The notes beneath the pieces were generated by a model that saw nothing but the letters and a program-made list of their open reading frames with translations, was not told the origin of the DNA and did not search any database. The position numbers were made by a program, and so were the translations under genes. A DNA stretch of 64,000 bases, from contig OZ241883.1 in assembly GCA_965203445.1 (NCBI GenBank), forward strand, positions 1,792,001-1,856,000, in the 5' to 3' direction. Source of the DNA: Candidatus Oxydemutator sp. (GTDB lineage: Bacteria; Pseudomonadota; Gammaproteobacteria; Poriferisulfidales; Oxydemutatoraceae). Of the stretch, positions 51,143 to 60,540 are shown piece by piece (position 1 is the first letter of the stretch; every line of letters begins with the position of its first letter).

Positions 51143-52150
51143 TCAGTGACCATGCCTCTCGTCGTGGTAGAAGGGCAGGCGGCGTCTGCCGAATGCATAG
51201 GAGACGTACGCGAGAAACTCCATCAGACTTTTGACGAGTTTTGCGAAATAGTATCTTGAGAAGACGGCCGGCGGAAGATACAGGATGATCTTGGGGACAT
51301 GCGTAAGAAACTTCAGCGCGTAGGCTGCCCGTTTTTTCTTCCTCCTGGCGAAGTACAACCGGGAATATGCGCTCCTGTATCTTATTTTGGCGTAGTATCG
51401 CAAGGTCGTTCTGCTTTCGGGAATGACGTGGTGTACCACGCCGGTTTCGGTCCCATAGTAGCGGATCAGTTTCGCGCCGTTGTTCCGCGCACGAGCAAAA
51501 AAATCCGTTTCCTCGCCCCCGCTAAGATTGTACTTCGGGTCAAAGCGCAGATTCATATCCTTGTAGATCCGTTCCGATAACAAAAAGTTGTTTCCGCAAA
51601 TGCTCGTCGTTTCCACCGCCCGTCGCTCCGATGTTTTGGAGACGGCGTTGCGGACTTTTGTCCGCCATCCGAACTTAGGGGTGTTGGGATCGCCCCACGG
51701 AATTTTTCCGTGACGGCTTACGTCGTTTACGGTTTTTGCCCCGCATACGTCGGCACCGTATTCTTCCAATGCCGAGTGGATCTCAGCAAGCCAGGTCTTT
51801 CCGACCGTCTGGTCGTCGTCCAGACACGCGAGATAGCGGGCGCCGTCGGCGACGGCGGTTTCTATCAGTCGGTTGAATGCGTTGCACAGGCCGCGTTCCG
51901 GGACGACGATGTACTGCACCTTGATGGGCGACTGGCGGGCAAAATCCTGCACTGTTTTGCGGGCGCTTTCCTTGGCGTCGTTATCGGCGACCGCCAGCGA
52001 CGCTGTCCCCGGCAGTTCGAGGCACCCGATGGAATGCAGCAGATCCTTCAACATCAGCGGGCGCATGTAGGTCTTGACGCCTATCAGAAACTCGACGACG
52101 CCGATACTTTCCGGGCGATTCAAAACGGTGTCTTTCATTCTGTCATCCAT
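51143..52150 (-). CDS. Glycosyltransferase family 2
   Basis: TYMRP..L, VADND, RGL..A.N, CLDDD, GGEETDFF. Confidence 0.85.
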   Translation of the reverse strand: MDDRMKDTVLNRPESIGVVEFLIGVKTYMRPLMLKDLLHSIGCLELPGTASLAVADNDAKESARKTVQDFARQSPIKVQYIVVPERGLCNAFNRLIETAVADGARYLACLDDDQTVGKTWLAEIHSALEEYGADVCGAKTVNDVSRHGKIPWGDPNTPKFGWRTKVRNAVSKTSERRAVETTSICGNNFLLSERIYKDMNLRFDPKYNLSGGEETDFFARARNNGAKLIRYYGTETGVVHHVIPESRTTLRYYAKIRYRSAYSRLYFARRKKKRAAYALKFLTHVPKIILYLPPAVFSRYYFAKLVKSLMEFLAYVSYAFGRRRLPFYHDERHGH

Positions 52151-52223
52151 TCGCCCGTCTCATCGGATAGCAGGTCATGCGAGGCTCGGCGGTTTTCATG
52201 CTTTCGCGGCGAACGCGGGATTT

Positions 52224-53201
52224 TCAACAGCGCACCGGAGGGGTTCCCGCGGCACTTGCGGCTTCGGGATTCGCGGGCAGATTGGCGGTGGCTTCCAGGT
52301 ATCTGGTGGCGAGCAGGCATTCCTCTTCGAGCAGGCAGGCTATTTCCTGAACGGCGGGGAATAAGACCCCCATTCTTTCGCAATAATATCCGTCAGCCAC
52401 CTTCTGTAGCAGGAAGTTGCTCGACGGATAGGCAAATTGAAAGTTGCCAAAGTCCGCGTCTTTGGCGACGGCTGTTTTTTCGGCCAGGATAAGAGCGGCG
52501 GCGTTCAGAGGATTGGAATCATGACCCCACGGTTCGTTGACCAGTATGTTGAAGCCGTTTCTTTCCAAGGCCGTGGGCAAATTTTTGACGTACCCGTGAT
52601 GGAGCATTCTTTGCCGTTGCTCGTCGCAGGCGAGTTCCCAGGATGGTTCTATGAGCAAGGCATATTTTCGGGTGACTCTGTTAAGCTCCCGGCAGATAGT
52701 ATCTTCCATGCCTCCGTTGGGTTCGATGGCATGGTGGGTCATGACCAGGTCCGTGGAGTTTTCAGCCAGCGAGATTCCGGTCAAGTTGGAGGTGAACAAC
52801 CTGGGCATTCGCACTTTTTTATCCCGCAGGAACGACTTGGCATATAGCAGCCTGCTGATGGAAATATCGAAAGCGGCAAACTCTATGTCTTCCCTCGTAC
52901 AGTTTGGAACCACGTTCGCCAGGATGGTCGCCTCTCCCGTGCCCGCGTCCAAAACCGTGCCGGGCGATATTTCCTCTATAAATCGGGCAATTTTTTTCCC
53001 CGATTCACGATAGGCATGCCTGATTGACTCGGAATTGCAATAATCTTTTGTGTAGGAACCAGCCTGTATATCGTAGGACAACGCAATTCTGTCCTCCAGA
53101 CTTACATCGTGCTCTTTGTGCTTTTCGAGATATTCGATAAGGTTGGCACGTCGAGAATACAAGGCCTTGCATTGCTCGACCAAGCCTTTGATATTTTTCA
53201 T
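52224..53201 (-). CDS. Class I SAM-dependent methyltransferase
   Basis: SYDIQAGSY, VLDAGTGEAT, FDISISR, HAIEPNGG; ATG overlaps the upstream stop (ATGA). Confidence 0.82.
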   Translation of the reverse strand: MKNIKGLVEQCKALYSRRANLIEYLEKHKEHDVSLEDRIALSYDIQAGSYTKDYCNSESIRHAYRESGKKIARFIEEISPGTVLDAGTGEATILANVVPNCTREDIEFAAFDISISRLLYAKSFLRDKKVRMPRLFTSNLTGISLAENSTDLVMTHHAIEPNGGMEDTICRELNRVTRKYALLIEPSWELACDEQRQRMLHHGYVKNLPTALERNGFNILVNEPWGHDSNPLNAAALILAEKTAVAKDADFGNFQFAYPSSNFLLQKVADGYYCERMGVLFPAVQEIACLLEEECLLATRYLEATANLPANPEAASAAGTPPVRC

Positions 53202-54643
53202 TTGCACGTCAACCCGGCGCTCCGTGCGTCGTCTTCGGGATTATCACGGTTCGGCTGGTCGGGAGAAACATTCGGCGATCCAACTCGTGCGGCCGGAGAT
53301 CGGTCGCGCACAAGGCCCGTATGACGACCCGTGTGCACAATCGCATTGATTACATTGGCCAGAGCACGTCCATTTTCTTCCCCGGATATGTTTCTGACCA
53401 ACTCTTTGTACCTGTAGTCCACGTTGGTTATTACGTCGACTGCGTTGTGCAGCAGGTGCGCGTATGCCTGCTCAAACTCCTCATGCGAGAAGTTGATCGC
53501 CATAATGTCCTCAAGCGTCAAATCCCGGCGATAGGAGACGACGCCCGGAAAATTTTTATAGGGCGCATTGCCGAAAATCAGCACCCGCTTGCCGAAACTC
53601 AAGGCGTCCAAACCAACGCTGCCCGTTATGGTAGAGACGAATCTGCATCGTTCGATCAGATCATAAGTGTCGGTTTCTTTGCTGACGTAGTGCAGATTGG
53701 GGATCTTCGCCAGTCTGCTGTAGAACAAGCGCCCACGCGAATGAAACGTCTGATAAGGATGCTCTTTGACGACGATGGGCCAGTCGTACGGCAACAACAA
53801 TCGCAGGCATTCAAGCGCCAATGCCTGATCGACAAAGATACCGCCGAGGCTGGTAGTGCTGAGCTCGGGCTGAAGGTGCAACGCAAAATAGACGAAATTT
53901 TCCGAGGGCGGATGCTGCGCCAGGAATTGCCGGTAGTTCTTTTTGAATCTTGCATTTCTGGCCAAGGCCTGCAAGCGGTGGAGAAACAGGTTCAGGTTGT
54001 GTCTGAAAAAGGCCGCCGAGATCAGTTTGACAAACAAGTTTGTCTTGATCGGCTTGTTCAGATAGTGATATTTCTTTCGGTAGTTTCTTTCCAGCTTGAC
54101 TGGATCAATCTCCGTTTTGCCGACGTCCAGCGAACCGATGTTTTCGATATCGTCCATGACAAGCGACTTGCCGTGTACCGGTGCAGGTAGAAACACGTAG
54201 GTTTTGACGCCCAGGGCTTTGGCGACCAGATAGAGAAGATAGTCGGCATGATGAGGGACTACCTCGAAGAACACGTAGTGAATGTCGTTCGACTTCAGCA
54301 GGTCAATGTAGAAGTGGATATAGACGTGGAAGGCGTCCATCATGTCTATGTAGTCGTTGGCTCCGTAGAGAACGGGGCGGCGGCAGTACATGTTCAGGAA
54401 AGTGTCCATGTGCTTTCTGATGGCCGGATATATTTCGAGAAACTCTTCGCGGTAGCGGTAGTTGATTTTCAGCCGATTCTTTTTGAAGAGCAGCGAGCGG
54501 TAGAAGTCCTCGCGCGCCAGCGTCGTGACCTTGTTTTTCTTTCTGCCGATCCATACTTTGATGTCAATCTCGTCGTCGAGATATTTGTGAACATCACTCG
54601 TATGCCATTGGGAAAAATCGTTGAGCAGGATGTTTTTGGGCAT
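53198..54643 (-). CDS. Capsule polysaccharide biosynthesis/export protein (KpsS/LipB-like)
   Basis: YFALHLQPE, VKEHP, TITGSVGLDAL..GK.V..FG motifs. Confidence 0.75.
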   Translation of the reverse strand: MPKNILLNDFSQWHTSDVHKYLDDEIDIKVWIGRKKNKVTTLAREDFYRSLLFKKNRLKINYRYREEFLEIYPAIRKHMDTFLNMYCRRPVLYGANDYIDMMDAFHVYIHFYIDLLKSNDIHYVFFEVVPHHADYLLYLVAKALGVKTYVFLPAPVHGKSLVMDDIENIGSLDVGKTEIDPVKLERNYRKKYHYLNKPIKTNLFVKLISAAFFRHNLNLFLHRLQALARNARFKKNYRQFLAQHPPSENFVYFALHLQPELSTTSLGGIFVDQALALECLRLLLPYDWPIVVKEHPYQTFHSRGRLFYSRLAKIPNLHYVSKETDTYDLIERCRFVSTITGSVGLDALSFGKRVLIFGNAPYKNFPGVVSYRRDLTLEDIMAINFSHEEFEQAYAHLLHNAVDVITNVDYRYKELVRNISGEENGRALANVINAIVHTGRHTGLVRDRSPAARVGSPNVSPDQPNRDNPEDDARSAGLTCK

Positions 54644-54703
54644 TTTCGCTGTTGGTGTGCCGAGATTTGTCGAGGCTCGCCAGGGTTTGCAGGAGTTCGC
54701 CGG

Positions 54704-55564
54704 CTATGGCAGCAGTCTCGAGCGCCACGGGGTGAAGCCGCCGTACTGCCAGAACGACAGTACAGTATGCCATATCGCCGCCTGCTTTCCGTCCGCGCCG
54801 GCGTCCAGAAGTTCGTGTGGGCCGAAGCGGTCAATATACAGCACGCGCAAATCGCGCAGATCGAAGAACTTCTTGATGAACGGGACGCGCACCCGGGCGC
54901 GCGCCGAGCGGTCGTAATCAATGAAGGTGAACGTCGCCCGCTCTATTGCGCGCGCCGACGGCGCGTTTGGCGTGTCCACCAGAATGTTGATCGTCTGCGG
55001 ATCGCCGTGCCGGAAGCCGGCCTCGTGCAGCCGCCGGATTTCCCCAAGCACCTTTTCCCGCACGCCTTCCAGCAGCCGCTCGGCGTCGTCGCCATGGTTT
55101 TCCCGGACGGCGCGGCACAGGTCGGCCAGCGACTGCTCGCCCGGTATTTTCTCGTAGAGAAAGAAGCTTTTTGCACCGAACAACCCGCGCCCTTTGGTAC
55201 TCCAATACGCGAGCGGCCTGGCGACGGGCAGCCCGGCTTCGCGCATCGCGTGGCAGCGCAGAAACGCATTGCGATTGTAGTCCTTGCCGAGCAGCCGGCG
55301 GATCAGCAGATCGAGCCTGCGCGAGCGTTTGTAGCGCGGGTCTATCTGAAATACCTTCATCACGACGTCGCCTTGCGCGACAGGCAGATGGAAACTGTAC
55401 AGGCGATTGCGGCGCCGGCCGTGGCGTTTGAGCAGATGTGTTTCCTCTTCGTAACGCGCGAATCCCTGCCCGCTTATCCATGCGACAAGTTCGCGCGGCA
55501 CGGCGCCGGCCACAAGATAACGCCCCGCCGCGTACTTGCCGCGCAGGATCGCTTGCCCGCTCAC
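54704..55564 (-). CDS. Lipopolysaccharide kinase (Kdo/WaaP/InaA family)
   Basis: VVMKVF, LPVARPLAY, LHEAGFRHGD...NIL, FIDYD; start placed at GTG 55564. Confidence 0.8.
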   Translation of the reverse strand: MSGQAILRGKYAAGRYLVAGAVPRELVAWISGQGFARYEEETHLLKRHGRRRNRLYSFHLPVAQGDVVMKVFQIDPRYKRSRRLDLLIRRLLGKDYNRNAFLRCHAMREAGLPVARPLAYWSTKGRGLFGAKSFFLYEKIPGEQSLADLCRAVRENHGDDAERLLEGVREKVLGEIRRLHEAGFRHGDPQTINILVDTPNAPSARAIERATFTFIDYDRSARARVRVPFIKKFFDLRDLRVLYIDRFGPHELLDAGADGKQAAIWHTVLSFWQYGGFTPWRSRLLP

Positions 55565-55603
55565 GTCAGGATTTTTCTCGCCCGGAGTTTCTTTCACTGT
55601 TCT

Positions 55604-55707
55604 CCCTCTCCCTCTGGGAGAGGGCCGGGGTGAGGGCCAGAGTGAGGAAATTACCTTCCCCCTTTCCCTCACCCGGCCTTCGGCCACCCTCTCCCAGAGG
55701 GAGAGGG
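55604..55707. repeat. Composite inverted pair of REP/BoxC-like palindromes
   Basis: CCCTCTCCCTCTGGGAGAGGGCCGGGGTGAGGG ... CCCTCACCCGGCCTTCGGCCACCCTCTCCCAGAGGGAGAGGG. Confidence 0.85.
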
Positions 55708-55782
55708 TTTCATTGTAAGACCTTTCCGCCATCCACGTGGATTCAGGTATCATTTCCATCATAATTCTCTATAATTGGCTTT

Positions 55783-56040
55783 ATGGCATCCACGGCACAA
55801 CATTTCGACACTCTGCGCACGGCGGAGGCCCTCCGCGAGGCCGGCCTGGAAGAGCATGCGGCCAAGGCCATCAGCTTGGCTATTGATCAAGGTCGAGAAA
55901 GCGGCGACTTGGTCACTCAACCGATGCTTAAGGCGGAACTCGCCAGCCTTGAAATCAGGCTGATCAAGTGGATTGTGGCGATAGTGCTGGGCGCGGCCGC
56001 CACCACAATCGCCGCGGTCAGACTGATAGTGGGCAGCTGA
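55783..56040 (+). CDS. Small DUF1640/CCDC90-like coiled-coil protein with C-terminal TM
   Basis: FDTL...EAL.EAG..E..A.AI, DLVT...LKAEL..LE.RLIKW plus hydrophobic tail. Confidence 0.75.
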   Translation: MASTAQHFDTLRTAEALREAGLEEHAAKAISLAIDQGRESGDLVTQPMLKAELASLEIRLIKWIVAIVLGAAATTIAAVRLIVGS

Positions 56041-56151
56041 CCACGGCACAGCATTTCGGTCCGGTCATCCAACAAAAAAGTTCGCGCGGCGCATCGCCGG
56101 CCACGAGGTAGCGCCCCGCAGCGTACCTGCCGCGCAGGATCGCTTGCCCGC

Positions 56152-57312
56152 TCACGTCAGGATTTCTCCGGCCCAAAGTTTGTTCAGAAAATCCGGCCAG
56201 TGGAGGCAGTGGATGCCGTCCTTCAGGCGGGCGGTTTTGTCCTCGCTGACCAGGAAAAACTTCTTGACGACGCCCTCCTCTTGCAGTGCTCGCAGTCCTT
56301 TCCAATCTTCGCGCGCCACCCTGCGCGTGGCCTTGATCTCGATGGCGGCCACGTCGTCCACCACCAGATCCACCTCGTATCCCGTCCGGGTGCGCCAATA
56401 GCACAGGGGAAGATCCAGCATTCGGTAACCGATGTAGGCCCTGATCTCGTGAACCAACCAGGTCTCGAGGCAGTTTCCGAAAATATCGGAGTTTCTTTCG
56501 ACGCTTTTGATTGCTTTGAGAGTGTTCAGAACTCCAGTGTCGAAGAAGTAGAACTTCGCGGTGCCGACGGCCTTTCTTTTTCGGGATTTGTCCCAGGGTT
56601 CGAGCAGCACGCCGATGAACGTCTCCTGCAGGATGGAGTAATACTCGCGCACCGTGCTCGGCGACATAGCGTAATCCCGTCCCAGTTTGTCGAAGTTCAA
56701 AATCCGGCCGTTGCAAAGGGCCGCGGCTTGCAGGAATTTTGCGAACTGGGGAATTTTCCTGACCAGGCCCTCGAGTTGAATTTCCTGCGCGATGTAGTTC
56801 GTCACGTAGGCCTGCAATTCCTCGTGCGGTTCATCGCTCAGATACACCGCGGGCAGGCCGCCGTAACGCAGATACTTGAGCAGATCGAAATCCGGCATCT
56901 CTTTCCAGGTCAACGGATAAAGGTCCTGGTTCCACGCCCTGCCGGCCAGGAGGTTGACTCCGTGCCGGTGCAGCTTGCGCGCCGAACTGCCGGTCAGCAG
57001 GAACCTCCATCTCCTGCCCTCGATGAGGCGGTGCACCTCGTCGAGCAGAGAGGGAAGTTTCTGTATCTCGTCAATGACGATATACACGGGGGCGTCGGGT
57101 TCGCCGATCTGCCCTTGCACCATTTCTTCCATGTCGGAAGGATTGGCCGAGAGCGACAGGAAGGTGCCCGCGTTCAGCAGATCGAAAAAGATGGCCTTCC
57201 CGCCCAGTTGCCTGCGGGCCAGCCAGGTTTTGCCGGTGCCGCGAGGCCCGAACAGAAAGAAAGACTTGCGCGCAAGCAGACCCGGCAGCCGGATTTCTCG
57301 TTGCAGTTCCAT
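56152..57312 (-). CDS. ATP-binding protein (AAA_14 + DUF4143)
   Basis: FGPRGTGKT, IDEIQK, LTGSSARKL, NLLAGRA, KFYFFDTG, YWRT..G.EVD..., IEIK. Confidence 0.9.
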   Translation of the reverse strand: MELQREIRLPGLLARKSFFLFGPRGTGKTWLARRQLGGKAIFFDLLNAGTFLSLSANPSDMEEMVQGQIGEPDAPVYIVIDEIQKLPSLLDEVHRLIEGRRWRFLLTGSSARKLHRHGVNLLAGRAWNQDLYPLTWKEMPDFDLLKYLRYGGLPAVYLSDEPHEELQAYVTNYIAQEIQLEGLVRKIPQFAKFLQAAALCNGRILNFDKLGRDYAMSPSTVREYYSILQETFIGVLLEPWDKSRKRKAVGTAKFYFFDTGVLNTLKAIKSVERNSDIFGNCLETWLVHEIRAYIGYRMLDLPLCYWRTRTGYEVDLVVDDVAAIEIKATRRVAREDWKGLRALQEEGVVKKFFLVSEDKTARLKDGIHCLHWPDFLNKLWAGEILT

Positions 57313-57538
57313 AGTGGGGAATGGGATTATAGCCCGATATATAAAAATCCGCAGTAATAATACGGATATTTAATGGTAAAACGTAATATACATGAGGCAT
57401 AATAATAAATGTATTATAAATTGATTTAGGCATTAAATGTCCATACTTTCTATAACTTTTCTATTGACCTAAAATGATATATGCCCTATGATGCCTTCCA
57501 CAGCATAATGCTGGTTCACAAAAGCATAGGAGGCAATT

Positions 57539-58738
57539 ATGAATAGAATTAACCCCAAAAGATTAAAGGAAGCCCGTGCGGGCAAAGGCCGCGGCAAAGG
57601 GTGGTCGCGCCGGCAGCTTTCTGACAGAGCCAAGATTTCTGCCCGCCAGATAGCACGGATCGAGGCTTCAGAGACGGATGTGGCGGTTCGAGAAAATACT
57701 GCGGATCGTCTCGCCAGGGCGCTGCAAGTCAGCGTCCAGGCCCTCTCAGGCGATGAACCGCTTGATCCCGGTCAGCAGGACAAACTGCCTGGTGGCGGTC
57801 AGCGTTTCTCTCCGCCAGAAGTTCAAATCGGCTGCAAAATTGATCCTCACGTGTTGCTTGCATACGACCTGGTGAAGCGTCGTTACGGCCCGACCTACAC
57901 GGACGTCATCTACTTGGCACCGCTCCTTTTCGTGTTGCTTGCCGAAGGTTCTCTTGCGTGGCGTCGGCGAGGCCTTGAGAAATTTGAGGAAATAGAGAAG
58001 ACAATAGAGGAGACATGTTCTGATAGCCACCTTTTCTTCGCGCAGATGGCTGTTAACACGGATAGGGTCATGAACGCCGCTTATGCTGAGCAGGAGTCCA
58101 TCGAAAAAGCCGATCTTCGCGGCACTATGATCAGAGACAGAGACGATTCCAATGAATTATGGCTCCCCCCGTACGAAACCAATCCTTTTATGGATTATCT
58201 GGCCATACTATCGAAAGATGATCTTAAGCTCGACGACCTCGAGATTAACCATGTATCCGTTGTGGATAATTGGCTTGTTAGAGAGGATGATCCGAATACG
58301 TGGAAGGCCGACTATTCTCTCTGCGGAAAGGAGCTGAAGGAGATTGCGGGGAATTCCTGGAAGGCCAAGGGGGCCTTGAGGCAGGGCGACGTGCGCTTGT
58401 CCGATATTCCCGAGGAACTCATGACGGAAGAGAGGAAAGACGAGCGTGTCAAATGGCTCGAAAGTAAATACAAGAGAAACAAGAGAACAGGCTTTCAATG
58501 GCAGGGTACTGCGAAAAAAGAATTCCGGCTGGAGGCGATAAACGCCGTCCTCAAGCAGGACAATAACTCTGACTGCGCCGAGAAATTGTCGGCGGAAGAT
58601 TTACTACTAAAATGGGCGCACGACGACCGTGTTGTAAAGGAATACCGGCGTCTTATGAAAGAACGCGATCTTGCGCTTTCTTTAGAAGAGGTTGTCAATT
58701 TGTACAGTGACGGTGAGTCAAATGCCAAAAATCAGTGA
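57539..58738 (+). CDS. XRE HTH protein with large uncharacterised C-terminal region
   Basis: RLKEAR...WSRRQLS...IS.RQIARIE HTH; AGGAGG RBS. Confidence 0.8.
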   Translation: MNRINPKRLKEARAGKGRGKGWSRRQLSDRAKISARQIARIEASETDVAVRENTADRLARALQVSVQALSGDEPLDPGQQDKLPGGGQRFSPPEVQIGCKIDPHVLLAYDLVKRRYGPTYTDVIYLAPLLFVLLAEGSLAWRRRGLEKFEEIEKTIEETCSDSHLFFAQMAVNTDRVMNAAYAEQESIEKADLRGTMIRDRDDSNELWLPPYETNPFMDYLAILSKDDLKLDDLEINHVSVVDNWLVREDDPNTWKADYSLCGKELKEIAGNSWKAKGALRQGDVRLSDIPEELMTEERKDERVKWLESKYKRNKRTGFQWQGTAKKEFRLEAINAVLKQDNNSDCAEKLSAEDLLLKWAHDDRVVKEYRRLMKERDLALSLEEVVNLYSDGESNAKNQ

Positions 58739-58937
58739 TCATGCCGTATGCCGGTATCTGGAACGAGAGGCAGGCGTTGATATTGAAGCACACCGCCGGC
58801 AACTCGAAGAAAAAGTATCGAGCGCGTCCCTGCAACGGGTCATTGGCTTCGCGGGCAATGCTGGTTTCAAAGTGCGCATTGACGGGGTTACATACTGCTT
58901 CCGAAACGGAGTGATGACCACCTGCTATCCGGAGTAG
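58722..58937 (+). CDS. Small HAxxRYxER protein (putative RNase/toxin-like)
   Basis: MPKISDHAVCRYLER...GVMTT; start overlaps the XRE stop. Confidence 0.6.
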   Translation: MPKISDHAVCRYLEREAGVDIEAHRRQLEEKVSSASLQRVIGFAGNAGFKVRIDGVTYCFRNGVMTTCYPE

Positions 58938-59007
58938 CCACGTAGCTCCCGTCGCCGATGAGGCGGAGACCGTCTTATTCTCCCCCTGGGAGAGGGCATC
59001 TTCATCC

Positions 59008-59113
59008 CCCCTCTCCCTCTGGGAGAGGGTTGGGGTGAGGGCCGTTTGAGGGCCATTGCACAACCTTCCCGCCCTCACCCGGCCTGCGGCCACCCTCTCC
59101 CAGAGGGAGAGGG
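59008..59113. repeat. Composite inverted pair of REP/BoxC-like palindromes
   Basis: CCCTCTCCCTCTGGGAGAGGGTTGGGGTGAGGG ... CCCTCACCCGGCCTGCGGCCACCCTCTCCCAGAGGGAGAGGG; between convergent genes. Confidence 0.85.
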
Positions 59114-59139
59114 TTTCATTATTTCTACGGCAACTACAA

Positions 59140-60525
59140 TCACAGAAAATAATCCCGGCGTTCGTCAGCCGTTGTTAGCGATTCGAGTTTGTGGGGGTTG
59201 CGGATCAGGTCTTCTATGAACCAGTTGGCGTGGTTGTAGAGGCAGGTTACGTCCTTGCATTCGGCGGCGGCGTCGAAGGCCTCGATCAGGCGCAGCACGT
59301 TGTCGCGCGTTTCGCGGTAGGCGTCGTCGGTCGCATAGGCGTGTTTGCCGCCGATCAGCGCCTGCGGCACGTGGCGATAGACCGGGCAGTTGAACACTCC
59401 CAGCGGGCTTACGACCTGGCGGAAGAACTGCATGTGGCAGTTGTGCGGCTGCTCGGTGTAGTCTTTGTAACTGCCGTTTTCCAGCACCCTGAGGTTGGTG
59501 CTTTCGATCACCTTGAACGCGGCGTCCTCGTGCCGCTTCGCCAGCGCGATTTGCTCGCGGATCGCCTCCATCACGCCGCCGACGTGCGTATCGTCCTTCA
59601 CCAGGTCCACGATCTCGGCGTTGTTTTCCTCGGCGCGCGTCAAGAAAGGCTTTAGCGAGATATAGTCGAAGCGGTAGCGTTTCGCGCGCGCGGCCGCGGC
59701 CTCGATCTCGGCGACGTTCTCGACGATGTCGGCGTCGTTGGTGTGGCAGTCGCGCCACACGATGATGTAGCTGAAGCCGATTTGCAATCCCGGGTTGGCG
59801 TCCTTGATCGGCGGAATCTGTTCGCAGATCCAGTCGAGCGTGCACTTTTTGTTGACCGGTTTGTGCATCGCGCGGAAGGTCTCGTTGGTCGCCGAGTCGA
59901 GCGACAGCCGCACCCAGTCGCCCTTGCCGAAGGCGTCCGCCACCTGGCCGATCTTCTTCATCAGGCTGCCATTGGTGACGACGCCGATCTGGATGTCCCG
60001 TTCCTTCAGGTGGCGCACGACGTCGCCAAAACCGGGATACGCGGTCGGCTCGCCGCCGCCGATCAGAATCACCGAACGCAGCCCCTTGTCGGCCATTTGT
60101 GACAGCGCGTCCTTCAGGCGGTCGTGGTCGTAGCGGATGCCGGTGTTCAGGATGTCCATGTCCACGCAGTGGTCGCAGCGGTAGTTGCACGCCGTCGTCA
60201 GGTCGAGGTTGATCGAAAGCGGCGCATAATCCGGCGCCGTCGCCAGCGCCTCTTCGAACGCCAGGCCATTGGCGTAGCCTTCGCGCCACGCCGCCTGCCA
60301 GCGCACGTATTCGGCGAGACGCCCGACGACGCTCGGTTGCAGCAGCTTGCTCATGAAGTCGTGGATCGGCGACAGCTCGGTCTGGCGCCTGCGCGCCGCG
60401 TCGTCGCGCGCGCGCACGTGCAGCGGCGTACCTTCTGGCGCGCCGTTTGTCTTTGATTTGCGGAAGTCAATCAGCGGCGAGACGTGCAGCAACACGTCGC
60501 CGGAGTCGGAATGTATTTTTTGCAT
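59140..60525 (-). CDS. Radical SAM protein
   Basis: CNYRCDHC (CxxxCxxC), GGGEPT, VTNGS, RLSLD; further C-terminal Cys residues (SPASM/twitch-like). Confidence 0.9.
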   Translation of the reverse strand: MQKIHSDSGDVLLHVSPLIDFRKSKTNGAPEGTPLHVRARDDAARRRQTELSPIHDFMSKLLQPSVVGRLAEYVRWQAAWREGYANGLAFEEALATAPDYAPLSINLDLTTACNYRCDHCVDMDILNTGIRYDHDRLKDALSQMADKGLRSVILIGGGEPTAYPGFGDVVRHLKERDIQIGVVTNGSLMKKIGQVADAFGKGDWVRLSLDSATNETFRAMHKPVNKKCTLDWICEQIPPIKDANPGLQIGFSYIIVWRDCHTNDADIVENVAEIEAAAARAKRYRFDYISLKPFLTRAEENNAEIVDLVKDDTHVGGVMEAIREQIALAKRHEDAAFKVIESTNLRVLENGSYKDYTEQPHNCHMQFFRQVVSPLGVFNCPVYRHVPQALIGGKHAYATDDAYRETRDNVLRLIEAFDAAAECKDVTCLYNHANWFIEDLIRNPHKLESLTTADERRDYFL

Positions 60526-60540
60526 GACGGGCGCGGACCT

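Noticed and set aside
55565-55762. Palindrome translated as an in-frame N-terminal insert of the LPS kinase (ORF-track start 55762)
   Set aside because: The duplicated junction shows the original start is the GTG overlapping the ATPase stop (equivalent to 55564); the extension is probably incidental.
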